A model generated the notes under the pieces. The model was not told the DNA's origin. It ran no database searches and saw only the letters and a program-made list of their open reading frames with translations. 32,000 nucleotides of DNA from Thermodesulfobacterium commune DSM 2178 (GTDB taxonomy: Bacteria > Desulfobacterota > Thermodesulfobacteria > Thermodesulfobacteriales > Thermodesulfobacteriaceae): NCBI RefSeq assembly GCF_000734015.1, contig NZ_CP008796.1, forward strand, positions 1,050,001 to 1,082,000. Reading direction: 5' to 3'. The position numbers and the translations under genes were made by a program. Every line of letters starts with the position of its first letter. Position 1 is the first letter of the stretch. Shown here piece after piece: positions 9,052 to 17,257 of this stretch.

Positions 9052-12000
9052 ATGAACATTGAAAATTCTAACAACAAACTGAAAGAAAAATTAAATAGCT
9101 TTCTTGATTATCATAAAACTCTTTTTAATCTTAAACGTAAGATTATAAAAAAACTTGAAGATTATGATGAAGTTATTTGGCTATATGAAATTCCTAATGA
9201 GAAGGAATGTTTTTGTATTTTAAATGCCAGTGATGATGTTGATGAAACAATTTTAGAGGTTTATTTACCTGATGAACCAGAAAAACCTATTATTCCACAT
9301 GAAATAAATAAATATGTTGTATTTGACAAAAATGAAGAACCAAAACTGAATGAAACTCTATTGCTGCAGCTACTGCAACAAAACGAAATAACCAACGAGG
9401 ATTTACTTCAAATTAAAGAAATCTTTGAAAAGTATGAAAAAAAGTATATTGAATGGCTTATAGAACACGAACGTTGGAGGAAAATTTATAAAGTTTATGA
9501 AAAACTTTATAAGATGTACTTTGAACTAAAACGAAATGAAGCAGCTTATGAACTTGTACTTGGCTGTGGTTTATTATTATGGCGTCAACCAAATTGTCAA
9601 ATCATTCAACGTCATATATTAACCGCTAGATGTGTTATAGAGTTTGAGAAGGACAAAAAAGAAATCAAGGTTCTATTTGATGAAAATAATCCAAAAGTAA
9701 ACTTAGAAGATGAAATGATTGATTTAGAGTATCGACCTTCTGGGATTATAGAAAGTAAAAAAGCACTACTCGAAGATTCTTCAGTATTTGATTTATTTTT
9801 AACGACAGAAAACAATTCTAATAATATTATTTCCTTTTTAAAAGCATTTGTAAATACATTACATCCACAAGGTAAATACGAACATATTAATCAACCGGAT
9901 CTAAAAAACATAAATGATATACCAAGAATCGAGTTTGCTCCAGCAATAATTTTGAGAAAACGGACTGAACCATACCTAAAGTGGTTAAATGACCTCTCAA
10001 AATTGGAAATTAAAGAGATTTCGCCTTTAATTTTAGAAATAGCCGAAATAAAAAAGGAAGATGAAGAATTTTATGATACAAATAAAAGCACCTTAATAGA
10101 TTATAGACTATATTTTCCCAAACCTTACAATGAGGAACAGAAAAAAATTATTGAAAGATTAAACTTTTCGAACTTAGTAGTAATACAAGGACCACCAGGA
10201 ACCGGTAAATCGCATACAATTGCTAACTTAATAGCTCATTTGTTAGCCGAAGGCAAAAGAGTGTTAGTAACTGCAAAAACAAGTAGGGCGTTGGCAGTTT
10301 TAAAAAATCTAATTCCTGAAAAACTAAGAGAGTTTTGTATTTTTCTTTTCGGTGATTCCAGTTTTGAAGAAAAAGAACATCTCGAGCATAGTGTGAAATC
10401 GTTATTATACAATTTGCGAAATTTGGATTCTGAAAGACTTGAAAATAACATTAAAGAACTAGAAGAAGAATTAGAAAAAATCAAATGTAAAAAAAGAGAA
10501 TTAACGCATCAAATTCTAATGTTAGTAAACTTAGAAAAAGAAGATTATAAGGAAATAGGAATCTATAAAGGCAGTAGAGCTGACTTAGCCCTACAATTTG
10601 AAGAAGATAAAGAAAAATTTGTTTGGTTTGAAGATAATATCCATTGTGATAAAAATTGGCCAGATGAATTAAATAACGTTAATTGGGATAAACTGATAAA
10701 TAGTTTGAACTATTTTAAATCATATAGTCAAAAAGAATTTATAGGTAAACAGTTAGAAAACTTAATAAAGGATCTAAAACAAATTTTTGTTTTGATACCT
10801 CTTACTCAGATAGAAAACTTATTAGAAAAAGAGACAAAAATTGTTGATCAACTAAACCGCTTTGAAAAAATCACTATTAAATTTATAAACAAAAACACTT
10901 CTGATTATTTCGATCTTGATTTTTTAAATGAGTCTATAACTTTTTTCAAAAATTTTAAAGAAAAACTAAATGAAATCGGAGTAGAGTTACCTTGGGTAAA
11001 AGATTTGTGCAGATCTATTTTAGAAAATGAAGAATTAATGAAAAGAAAAATAGATAAAATAAAATCAATAAAAGAAGAGGTTCTTAATTGGCAGTGTGTA
11101 TTGCCAAAACAGAAAAATGAACCTATAGATGTTGAAGAGATCATTAATGACATAGAAATCTTATTGCATTATTTACAAAGTGGCGGAAAACTAGGTTTTT
11201 GGATTTTTAGACCTAGTATAGTAAAAGAAAGAGAATATTTAATAAAAAATTGTTATATTGACGGAAAAAAATGTAGCACTATTGATGACTTAAGAAGATT
11301 GAATCTTTATTTAAAAACAATGAATGAATTGAAAAGACTTTATGGCGATTGGGAAAAATATTTTGAAGACACATCAACTACAACTCTGAAAGAAAAATAT
11401 AAAATTCTAAAAGAAAAGATCTTAGATCCAGCAGAGCAAATTATGAAAGATAAAGATCTACTTTTAAAGTGTAGACTTTATCAAAAGAAACTAGGTATTA
11501 CAGACCCCACCGTTTTCTTTGATCCTGACAAGATTGTTCAGCTTATTGATGAATTAAATTATTACAAATTACAAACTGAATTAGTGGACATTCAGCAAAA
11601 GATAAACCTATTAATAGAAGAATTAAAAAATATAAATACTAGTTGCTATGATTTGCCACGTCTACTTAAATACTTAGAAGAAAGAAGAGTTGACGAACTA
11701 TTAAATGCTATTTATAAAATAAAAGAAGAAAAAGAAAAAATATTACTAATTGAAAAAAATTTAGAAATTTTAAAAAAACATCTTCCAAATTTAATTGATA
11801 ATATTTTTTTAAATCCAAATTATGAATATTGGGCTCCTAAAATTAAAGTATTAAACAGGGCTTGGGATTTTGCGAGATTAAAATCTTTTCTTCATGAAAT
11901 TACATCTGAAAATGATTTTGAACAATTAAATAAGCAGCTTTCTCAACTTGAAAATGAGGAAAGAAAAATTATTGCAGACATAATTGCATTAAAAACATGG

Positions 12001-13482
12001 TATTTCTTATCAAAAAAAATTGATAAAGAAACTAAAAAGCATTTAGTTGCATGGGAACAGGCTATTAAAAAAATCGGTAGAGGTAAAGGAAAATATGTTA
12101 ATAAATATATGAAAGATGCACAATCACATTTAGAAGAAGTAATATACTCCTTTCCAATTTGGATAATGCCTATTTATAAAATTTATTACACATTTGAAAT
12201 CAAAAATTTCTTGTGGTTTGATGTTCTGATTATTGACGAAGCTTCACAATGCAGTATATTAGAAGGATTTCCCTTATTTCAATTAGCGGCTAAGGTTGTA
12301 ATAGTTGGAGATGATAAACAGATTTCACCAGAAGCTATCGGTATCGAAAAATCCAAGATTTTTCAATTACAAAGAGAATATTTGTATGACTTTGACTTTA
12401 AAGATACCTTTGATTTGGAAAGTAGTATTTTTGATTTGGGGAAAAGAATATCTCCTGATGATATTATCACTTTAAAAGAACATTTTAGATGTATGCCAGA
12501 AATTATAGAATTTTGTAATCGCTATTTTTATAATGGCTTTTTAGTTCCTTTAAAAGTTTTTTCACTGGATAGACTCAATCCTTTAGAAAAAATATATGTT
12601 TCTAATGCATATTGTAAAGGTAGCGGAAGCAATGTAATTAATCCAATAGAAGCGGAAGCCATTGTGGAAAAAATAATTGAAATATGTTCAGATGAAAGAT
12701 ATAAAGGTAAAACAATAGGAGTAATAAGCCTTTTAGGAGATGAGCAGGCAAAATACATAGAAACCTTAATAATGCAAAAACTTGACCACAAAGAAATTTT
12801 GGAAAGACAACTTTTATGTGGTAATCCTTACTCATTTCAAGGGGATGAAAGGGACATAATCTTCCTATCCTTGGTTATTGCTCCGATTAATGAAGATGGA
12901 ACTAAAAGACACATAGGAGTTTTAAACAAAGTTCAAGATGAAAGGAGATTTAATGTCGCTGTAAGTAGAGCAAAGGAACAAATATGGTTATTTCATTCGG
13001 TAAAAATTGAAGATTTATCCCGTGAAGATTTAAGGAGAAAGTTATTAGAGTATTTTTATACTCCACACAAATTTGAAATTGAAGGAATAGATTTAAATGA
13101 ATTAAGAAAAATCGCTATCTCAGCTAATAGATATTTTGAAAAACCTCCCTCTCCTTTTGAAAGTTGGTTTGAGGTTGATGTTGCACTGGAAATTCTTACA
13201 TTAGGGTTTGAAGTTAAACCTCAGTTTAAAGTTGGACCATATCGCATTGATTTAGTCACTTTTGATAAATTGAATACTCTTAATAGACTTGCAATAGAAT
13301 GTGATGGAGATAAATATCATGGAATAGAACATATAGAACGAGATATTAACAGACAAAAAATCTTGGAAAGATGCGGTTGGAAATTTTTCAGAATCAGAGC
13401 TTCTGAATTTTACTTTGATAAACACAAAGTATTAGAAAAACTAAAATCTACATTAGAAAGTTTGAATATTTATCCCAGATAA
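9052..13482 (+). CDS. Large SF1 (Upf1/DNA2-like, AAA_11/AAA_12-type) helicase fused to a C-terminal DUF559/Vsr-like PD-(D/E)xK nuclease fold; candidate defence protein
   Basis: Uninterrupted 1476-aa ORF. Helicase motifs: Walker A GPPGTGKS (aa 380-387), motif II DEASQ (1062-1066), GDDKQISP (1086-1093), HFRCMPEII (1144-), QGDERD (1263-), NVAVSRAK (1301-). C-terminal nuclease fold: YRIDLV..IECDGDKYH..RD..R..L..GWKFFRI. A sample line (9061-9120) is about 22% GC. Confidence 0.9.
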   Translation: MNIENSNNKLKEKLNSFLDYHKTLFNLKRKIIKKLEDYDEVIWLYEIPNEKECFCILNASDDVDETILEVYLPDEPEKPIIPHEINKYVVFDKNEEPKLNETLLLQLLQQNEITNEDLLQIKEIFEKYEKKYIEWLIEHERWRKIYKVYEKLYKMYFELKRNEAAYELVLGCGLLLWRQPNCQIIQRHILTARCVIEFEKDKKEIKVLFDENNPKVNLEDEMIDLEYRPSGIIESKKALLEDSSVFDLFLTTENNSNNIISFLKAFVNTLHPQGKYEHINQPDLKNINDIPRIEFAPAIILRKRTEPYLKWLNDLSKLEIKEISPLILEIAEIKKEDEEFYDTNKSTLIDYRLYFPKPYNEEQKKIIERLNFSNLVVIQGPPGTGKSHTIANLIAHLLAEGKRVLVTAKTSRALAVLKNLIPEKLREFCIFLFGDSSFEEKEHLEHSVKSLLYNLRNLDSERLENNIKELEEELEKIKCKKRELTHQILMLVNLEKEDYKEIGIYKGSRADLALQFEEDKEKFVWFEDNIHCDKNWPDELNNVNWDKLINSLNYFKSYSQKEFIGKQLENLIKDLKQIFVLIPLTQIENLLEKETKIVDQLNRFEKITIKFINKNTSDYFDLDFLNESITFFKNFKEKLNEIGVELPWVKDLCRSILENEELMKRKIDKIKSIKEEVLNWQCVLPKQKNEPIDVEEIINDIEILLHYLQSGGKLGFWIFRPSIVKEREYLIKNCYIDGKKCSTIDDLRRLNLYLKTMNELKRLYGDWEKYFEDTSTTTLKEKYKILKEKILDPAEQIMKDKDLLLKCRLYQKKLGITDPTVFFDPDKIVQLIDELNYYKLQTELVDIQQKINLLIEELKNINTSCYDLPRLLKYLEERRVDELLNAIYKIKEEKEKILLIEKNLEILKKHLPNLIDNIFLNPNYEYWAPKIKVLNRAWDFARLKSFLHEITSENDFEQLNKQLSQLENEERKIIADIIALKTWYFLSKKIDKETKKHLVAWEQAIKKIGRGKGKYVNKYMKDAQSHLEEVIYSFPIWIMPIYKIYYTFEIKNFLWFDVLIIDEASQCSILEGFPLFQLAAKVVIVGDDKQISPEAIGIEKSKIFQLQREYLYDFDFKDTFDLESSIFDLGKRISPDDIITLKEHFRCMPEIIEFCNRYFYNGFLVPLKVFSLDRLNPLEKIYVSNAYCKGSGSNVINPIEAEAIVEKIIEICSDERYKGKTIGVISLLGDEQAKYIETLIMQKLDHKEILERQLLCGNPYSFQGDERDIIFLSLVIAPINEDGTKRHIGVLNKVQDERRFNVAVSRAKEQIWLFHSVKIEDLSREDLRRKLLEYFYTPHKFEIEGIDLNELRKIAISANRYFEKPPSPFESWFEVDVALEILTLGFEVKPQFKVGPYRIDLVTFDKLNTLNRLAIECDGDKYHGIEHIERDINRQKILERCGWKFFRIRASEFYFDKHKVLEKLKSTLESLNIYPR

Positions 13483-13682
13483 GTTTTTTTTGTAGATTAA
13501 ATTTTTTATCAAATCTTCCGATTGTCAGCAAAATGAAAGGTAGTGTCTCATTAACTATAAAGACTTGAGAGGGCAGAGAGGCCATGGTAGCTTCCTCAAA
13601 AACGACACCAAATCACTAAAAAAGAAGGGAAGGTACCATGAAAAGAACAGACTAATTATTTCAAAAATAGACAAAGAAGGCT

Positions 13683-14210
13683 ATGGAAAAAGACAGGTTA
13701 AAAGAAGCGGTGTTTAAGGCTATTTTTGATAGAAGGAGCATAAGAAGGTATTTAGAACAAAAGCCTAACAAGGAGTTAATCTATCGATTGTTAGAAGCTG
13801 GTATATGGGCTCCTTCTGGGTTAAACAACCAACCTTGGAGGTTTGTAATAGTCTGGTCTGAAGAAATTAAACAAAAGCTGGCAGCCTTAACCAGATATCA
13901 TGAAATCATCAAAAAGGCTCCGGTTTTAATTGGCGTGTTTTTAGATAAAGACAGGATGTACCACCAGATAAAAGACCATCAATCTGCAGGGGCTTGTATC
14001 CAAAACATCCTGCTTGCAGCTCATGCCTCTGGTCTTGGGGCCTGTTGGTTAGGTGAAATCTTAAAAAACGAAGAAAAAGTAAAAGAGGTCCTCTCCTTAC
14101 CTAAGGAGAAATACGAACTTGCAGCTTTTATCGCTTTAGGATATCCAGATGATCAAAGTAAAAGGACCTCCAGACAACCTTTAGAAAACTTTATCATCAA
14201 AGAGATTTAA
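13683..14210 (+). CDS. Nitroreductase family protein (copy 2)
   Basis: 175 aa. It differs from copy 1 at 6 of the first 35 residues (K5R, K22R, D25E, D29N, K31E, K35R) and is identical afterwards. Confidence 0.85.
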   Translation: MEKDRLKEAVFKAIFDRRSIRRYLEQKPNKELIYRLLEAGIWAPSGLNNQPWRFVIVWSEEIKQKLAALTRYHEIIKKAPVLIGVFLDKDRMYHQIKDHQSAGACIQNILLAAHASGLGACWLGEILKNEEKVKEVLSLPKEKYELAAFIALGYPDDQSKRTSRQPLENFIIKEI

Positions 14211-14231
14211 AAGACTAAGCAGGGGGTTCTC

Positions 14232-14993
14232 ATGACCAAAAAATTCGTTCCCTTGATGTTAAGCTTGAGTTTTATTTTAGTAGGATGTAGTAAAGGATTA
14301 GGAGGTTCAGGCGGTTGTCCTACAGTAAAAGAATTCCAAAAAAAATTAGATAACCTTCAGCCTGGAATTCAAATAGAAAAAATCGAAAAATCACCGATTC
14401 CAGGGTTATGTAAAGTAGTGATTAAAATATCGGAGTTTAATAAAGCTCTGTTTTATACTGACGCAAAAGGAAATTACATCATAAGTGGGAACATCATTGA
14501 CATAGCACAAAAAAAAGATATCATCAGAGAAGAGATGGAAAAATTAAACAAAAAAGTGCTTGATAAAAACACATTAGCAGAGGTAGAAAAGCTTGTTGAC
14601 CTTACCTATGGCAACTCTCCTAACGTAGTATACTTTATTACTGACCCTGACTGTCCTGTCTGTAAACGTGCTGAACCTGTGTTAGAAAACCTGGCTAAAG
14701 AGGGGAAGATAACGGTCAAAACCATACTTTTACCCTTAGAGTCTTTACATCCCGAGGCCAAAAATAAATCTATATCTCTTATCTGTGATAAAAAAGGTTT
14801 TCAAGACCTTATCCAAGGATATAAAGGGGCTAACCTTTGTGCTTCAGGAAAAGAAAAAATAGAAAAAAACATAGATTTTATGTTTAACAAAATAGGAGTA
14901 ACCGGGACCCCTGCTTTTATCTTCCCAGACGGAGAAGTTGTAATAGGTTGGGTAGGTCCGGAGTTTATTCTCAACAAGTTTAACTTGCGATAA
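14232..14993 (+). CDS. DsbC/DsbG-like thioredoxin-fold lipoprotein (copy 2)
   Basis: The 253-aa translation is identical to copy 1. Confidence 0.75.
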   Translation: MTKKFVPLMLSLSFILVGCSKGLGGSGGCPTVKEFQKKLDNLQPGIQIEKIEKSPIPGLCKVVIKISEFNKALFYTDAKGNYIISGNIIDIAQKKDIIREEMEKLNKKVLDKNTLAEVEKLVDLTYGNSPNVVYFITDPDCPVCKRAEPVLENLAKEGKITVKTILLPLESLHPEAKNKSISLICDKKGFQDLIQGYKGANLCASGKEKIEKNIDFMFNKIGVTGTPAFIFPDGEVVIGWVGPEFILNKFNLR

Positions 14994-14997
14994 AAAT

Positions 14998-15555
14998 ATG
15001 TTAACCGTTCAAGAAAAACTTTTTTGCTTAAAACTGGCAAGAAAAACCTTAGAAGACTATTTTAAAGGAACTTATGAACTAATTAACCCTCCAGACAAAT
15101 ACCCCTCTCTTAAACAAAAGAGAGGGGCTTTTGTGACCTTGCTTAAGGAAGGCAATCTGAGAGGGTGTATCGGGATTATCGAACCTTTATACCCTCTCTA
15201 TCAAGTAATCCAAGAAATGGCTATCTCTGCAGCCTTTAAAGACCCAAGGTTTCCACCCCTTACAAAGGAGGAGCTTTCTCTTACAGAAATAGAAATTTCA
15301 GTTCTATCTCCTCTTAAAAAAGGAACTATAGAAGAGATAGAGGTAGGGAAACACGGGGTATATTTAATCAAAGGCTTTTATCGAGGCGTACTCCTTCCTC
15401 AAGTACCTGTAGAGTATGGTTGGGACAAAAAGACCTTTTTAGAACACCTCTGTCTTAAAGCTGGCCTTCACCCTAACTGTTATAAGGAAAAAGACGTAGA
15501 AATCTATCTTTTTACGGCAGAGGTTTTTAAAGAAAGCGAATTTTTTAAAAACTAA
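14998..15555 (+). CDS. AMMECR1 domain protein (copy 2)
   Basis: The 185-aa translation is identical to copy 1. Confidence 0.85.
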   Translation: MLTVQEKLFCLKLARKTLEDYFKGTYELINPPDKYPSLKQKRGAFVTLLKEGNLRGCIGIIEPLYPLYQVIQEMAISAAFKDPRFPPLTKEELSLTEIEISVLSPLKKGTIEEIEVGKHGVYLIKGFYRGVLLPQVPVEYGWDKKTFLEHLCLKAGLHPNCYKEKDVEIYLFTAEVFKESEFFKN

Positions 15556-15597
15556 TCAAGCCTTTCTGTCTCCTCTAAAGAGGCTTATCAACTGGCT

Positions 15598-15917
15598 CAG
15601 GTTGTTGCAAAGGTTATTTTTTCCTTTACCTATTTATTGATGGCTATAGGACAACCTCCGTTATTCAGGATTGACCGTACAGGAGCAGCTATCATAGGTG
15701 CCTCTCTTATGGTAATCTCTGGGAGTCTATCTGTATATGAAGCTTATGAAGCCATAGATTATAAAACCATTTTTAATCCTCTTTGGGATGAGGATCTTGA
15801 TCGCTAACCTGAGGTTGTCTGGATTTTTTAACCTTGTGTTATCGTGTTATCCTTTTTAGCCCAAAGAGTACAAAACCCCTCAAAACTACTTTACCTTTTG
15901 ATTTTTACTTCAGGCAT
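15598..15917 (+). pseudogene. ArsB/NhaD-YbiR-type anion permease, N-terminal fragment with at least two frameshifts
   Basis: Three consecutive frames read AQVVAKVIFSFTYLLMAIGQP..IDRTGAAIIGASLMVISG..AIDYKTIF / LILFGMRILIANLRLSGFF / LSFLAQRVQNPSKLLYLLIFTSG. Premature stops at 15805 and 15857. No in-frame start codon. Confidence 0.7.
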
Positions 15918-17257
15918 GTGGGAGTAGAATATAAATTGTGTCTTTTAATAAAATATTTTAGAGGCATAATAAAAATTTTTAATATTTTTTAAATTAATGA
16001 TAACATAAAACCTAAAAGACTAAACTAACCAGGAGGTCTGTAAAATGGAAAACTTAGACTTAGATTTAGAAAAAGTTTTAAGTGAAATCTCAAAAATTGA
16101 ATCAAAAGAGGGTATCAAAATGGCTGCTGCACTCCTCTTAAACGCTCTCATGAAAAAAGAAAGAGAAATATTCCTTAGAGATAGTATTGATAATAAAGCT
16201 AATGGTTACTATGAAAGACAACTTGCCTGTTTCTTAGGTAACCTTGGTATCTCTGTCCCAAGAGATAGAAAATCTGAATTCAGACCTGCTATTCTTCCTC
16301 CTGAATGGCAAAAAGCTGATGAATCCTTCCAGGACTTTATCCTTAACCTCGTTCTCCAAAGCTACTCCCCCAATAAAATCAAAGCCCTCTTGCAATCTAT
16401 GAAACTCCCCTACTCCCCAGAACAAATAGAAGAAATTAAAGAAGAATTGTATAACCAAGCCAAAGAATTAAAAACCAAAGAATTGCCAGAAAATTTGTTT
16501 GCTATGTTTATAGACGCTTATCATACTCAGATAAAAGATACCGAAGCCAACAGAATCAGAAAAGCAGTTATTTATAATATCATCGGGATAGATATGGAGG
16601 GAAGAAAAAATTTACTTTCTTATTACATTTATTTTGGTTCAGAGACGAAGGAGGACTGGCTCCAGATACTTAATGATTTGATAAAGAGGGGAGTTAAGAG
16701 GGTTATGGTAATAGTGAGTGATGATTTTCCTGGCCTTACTCAAGCCATAAAAGCCCTCTTTCCTGAGACAGATCATCAGCTTTGTTTTGTACACATGCAA
16801 AGGAACATCAACAGGAACATGTCTAAGCAGGATGCTAAAAAATTTTATGAGGAGTTAAGCATTATAAAGAGGATAGAGGAGTATGAGAGGGCCTTAAATA
16901 GATTTGAGGAATTATGTAAGAGTTATGAGAAGAAGTATCCAGCTTATATAAAGGGACTTTTGAAAAAGAAGGAGCATTATTTTGTTTATAAGAAATATCC
17001 TGAGGGGGTGAGGAGGTATATATACACGACGAATGTGGTTGAGAATATAAATAGCAGGATAGAGCTGATAAGGGTAAATACAGGGGGATATTTTCAATCA
17101 ATCAAGACAGCAGAGGTTGCGATATACATAACAGTAAGTCGGATTCAGAAAACGAGATGGCAAAAACCACTTCCTTTAATTAAGTCTGCTTTATACGAAT
17201 TGAGGCAAATGTTTGTAAAGAGATTTTATAAGGAGACACAATTCTCTTGACAAGTGT
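15918..17257 (+). mobile_element. IS256-family insertion sequence (ends approximate, +/-20 bp)
   Basis: About 1.34 kb around a Mutator-type transposase gene. Inverted AATTGTGTC at 15934-15942 and 17235-17243 with imperfect inward extension, at the same distance from the end as in IS256. The outermost ~15 nt do not match each other. Confidence 0.75.
16045..17250 (+). CDS. IS256/Mutator-family DDE transposase
   Basis: 401 aa with family-typical blocks (FIDAYHTQIKD, VSDDFPGL..AI..FP....Q.CFVHMQRN, TTNVVENINSRI). SD AGGAGG upstream. Confidence 0.9.
   Translation: MENLDLDLEKVLSEISKIESKEGIKMAAALLLNALMKKEREIFLRDSIDNKANGYYERQLACFLGNLGISVPRDRKSEFRPAILPPEWQKADESFQDFILNLVLQSYSPNKIKALLQSMKLPYSPEQIEEIKEELYNQAKELKTKELPENLFAMFIDAYHTQIKDTEANRIRKAVIYNIIGIDMEGRKNLLSYYIYFGSETKEDWLQILNDLIKRGVKRVMVIVSDDFPGLTQAIKALFPETDHQLCFVHMQRNINRNMSKQDAKKFYEELSIIKRIEEYERALNRFEELCKSYEKKYPAYIKGLLKKKEHYFVYKKYPEGVRRYIYTTNVVENINSRIELIRVNTGGYFQSIKTAEVAIYITVSRIQKTRWQKPLPLIKSALYELRQMFVKRFYKETQFS

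Larger units (their letters stand above)
8862..9127 (+). repeat. Perfect tandem duplication, 2 x 133 bp (8862-8994 and 8995-9127)
   Basis: Both units read identical by eye. Each contains the palindrome pair, the upstream region and the first 25 codons of the helicase gene. Confidence 0.9.
13669..15595. repeat. Copy 2 (main part) of the ~2 kb segmental direct repeat
   Basis: It matches 6014-7941 at offset 7654. About 19 substitutions fall in 13683-13826. No difference was seen in 13827-15565. Four substitutions fall in 15566-15595. Confidence 0.9.

Noticed and set aside
9612-12835. Five - strand ORFs (65-87 aa) inside the helicase gene
   Set aside because: They are S/F/K/I-rich low-complexity shadows of an AT-rich coding strand, and all are fully nested in the 1476-aa ORF.
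7902-13682. Search for integrase, tRNA/att site, inverted repeats or TSD defining the insert as a classical genomic island or transposon
   Set aside because: None was found. The non-coding stretches (7902-8180, 8736-9051, 13483-13682) have no tRNA-like GC-rich cloverleaf sequence and no recombinase fragment.
13483-13682. Mini-ORFs downstream of the helicase (MKGSVSLTIKT at 13533; MKRTD at 13638; a 38-codon - strand ORF) as a possible small partner gene
   Set aside because: They are too short, lack SD sequences and have no recognisable features. I treat them as non-coding junction DNA.
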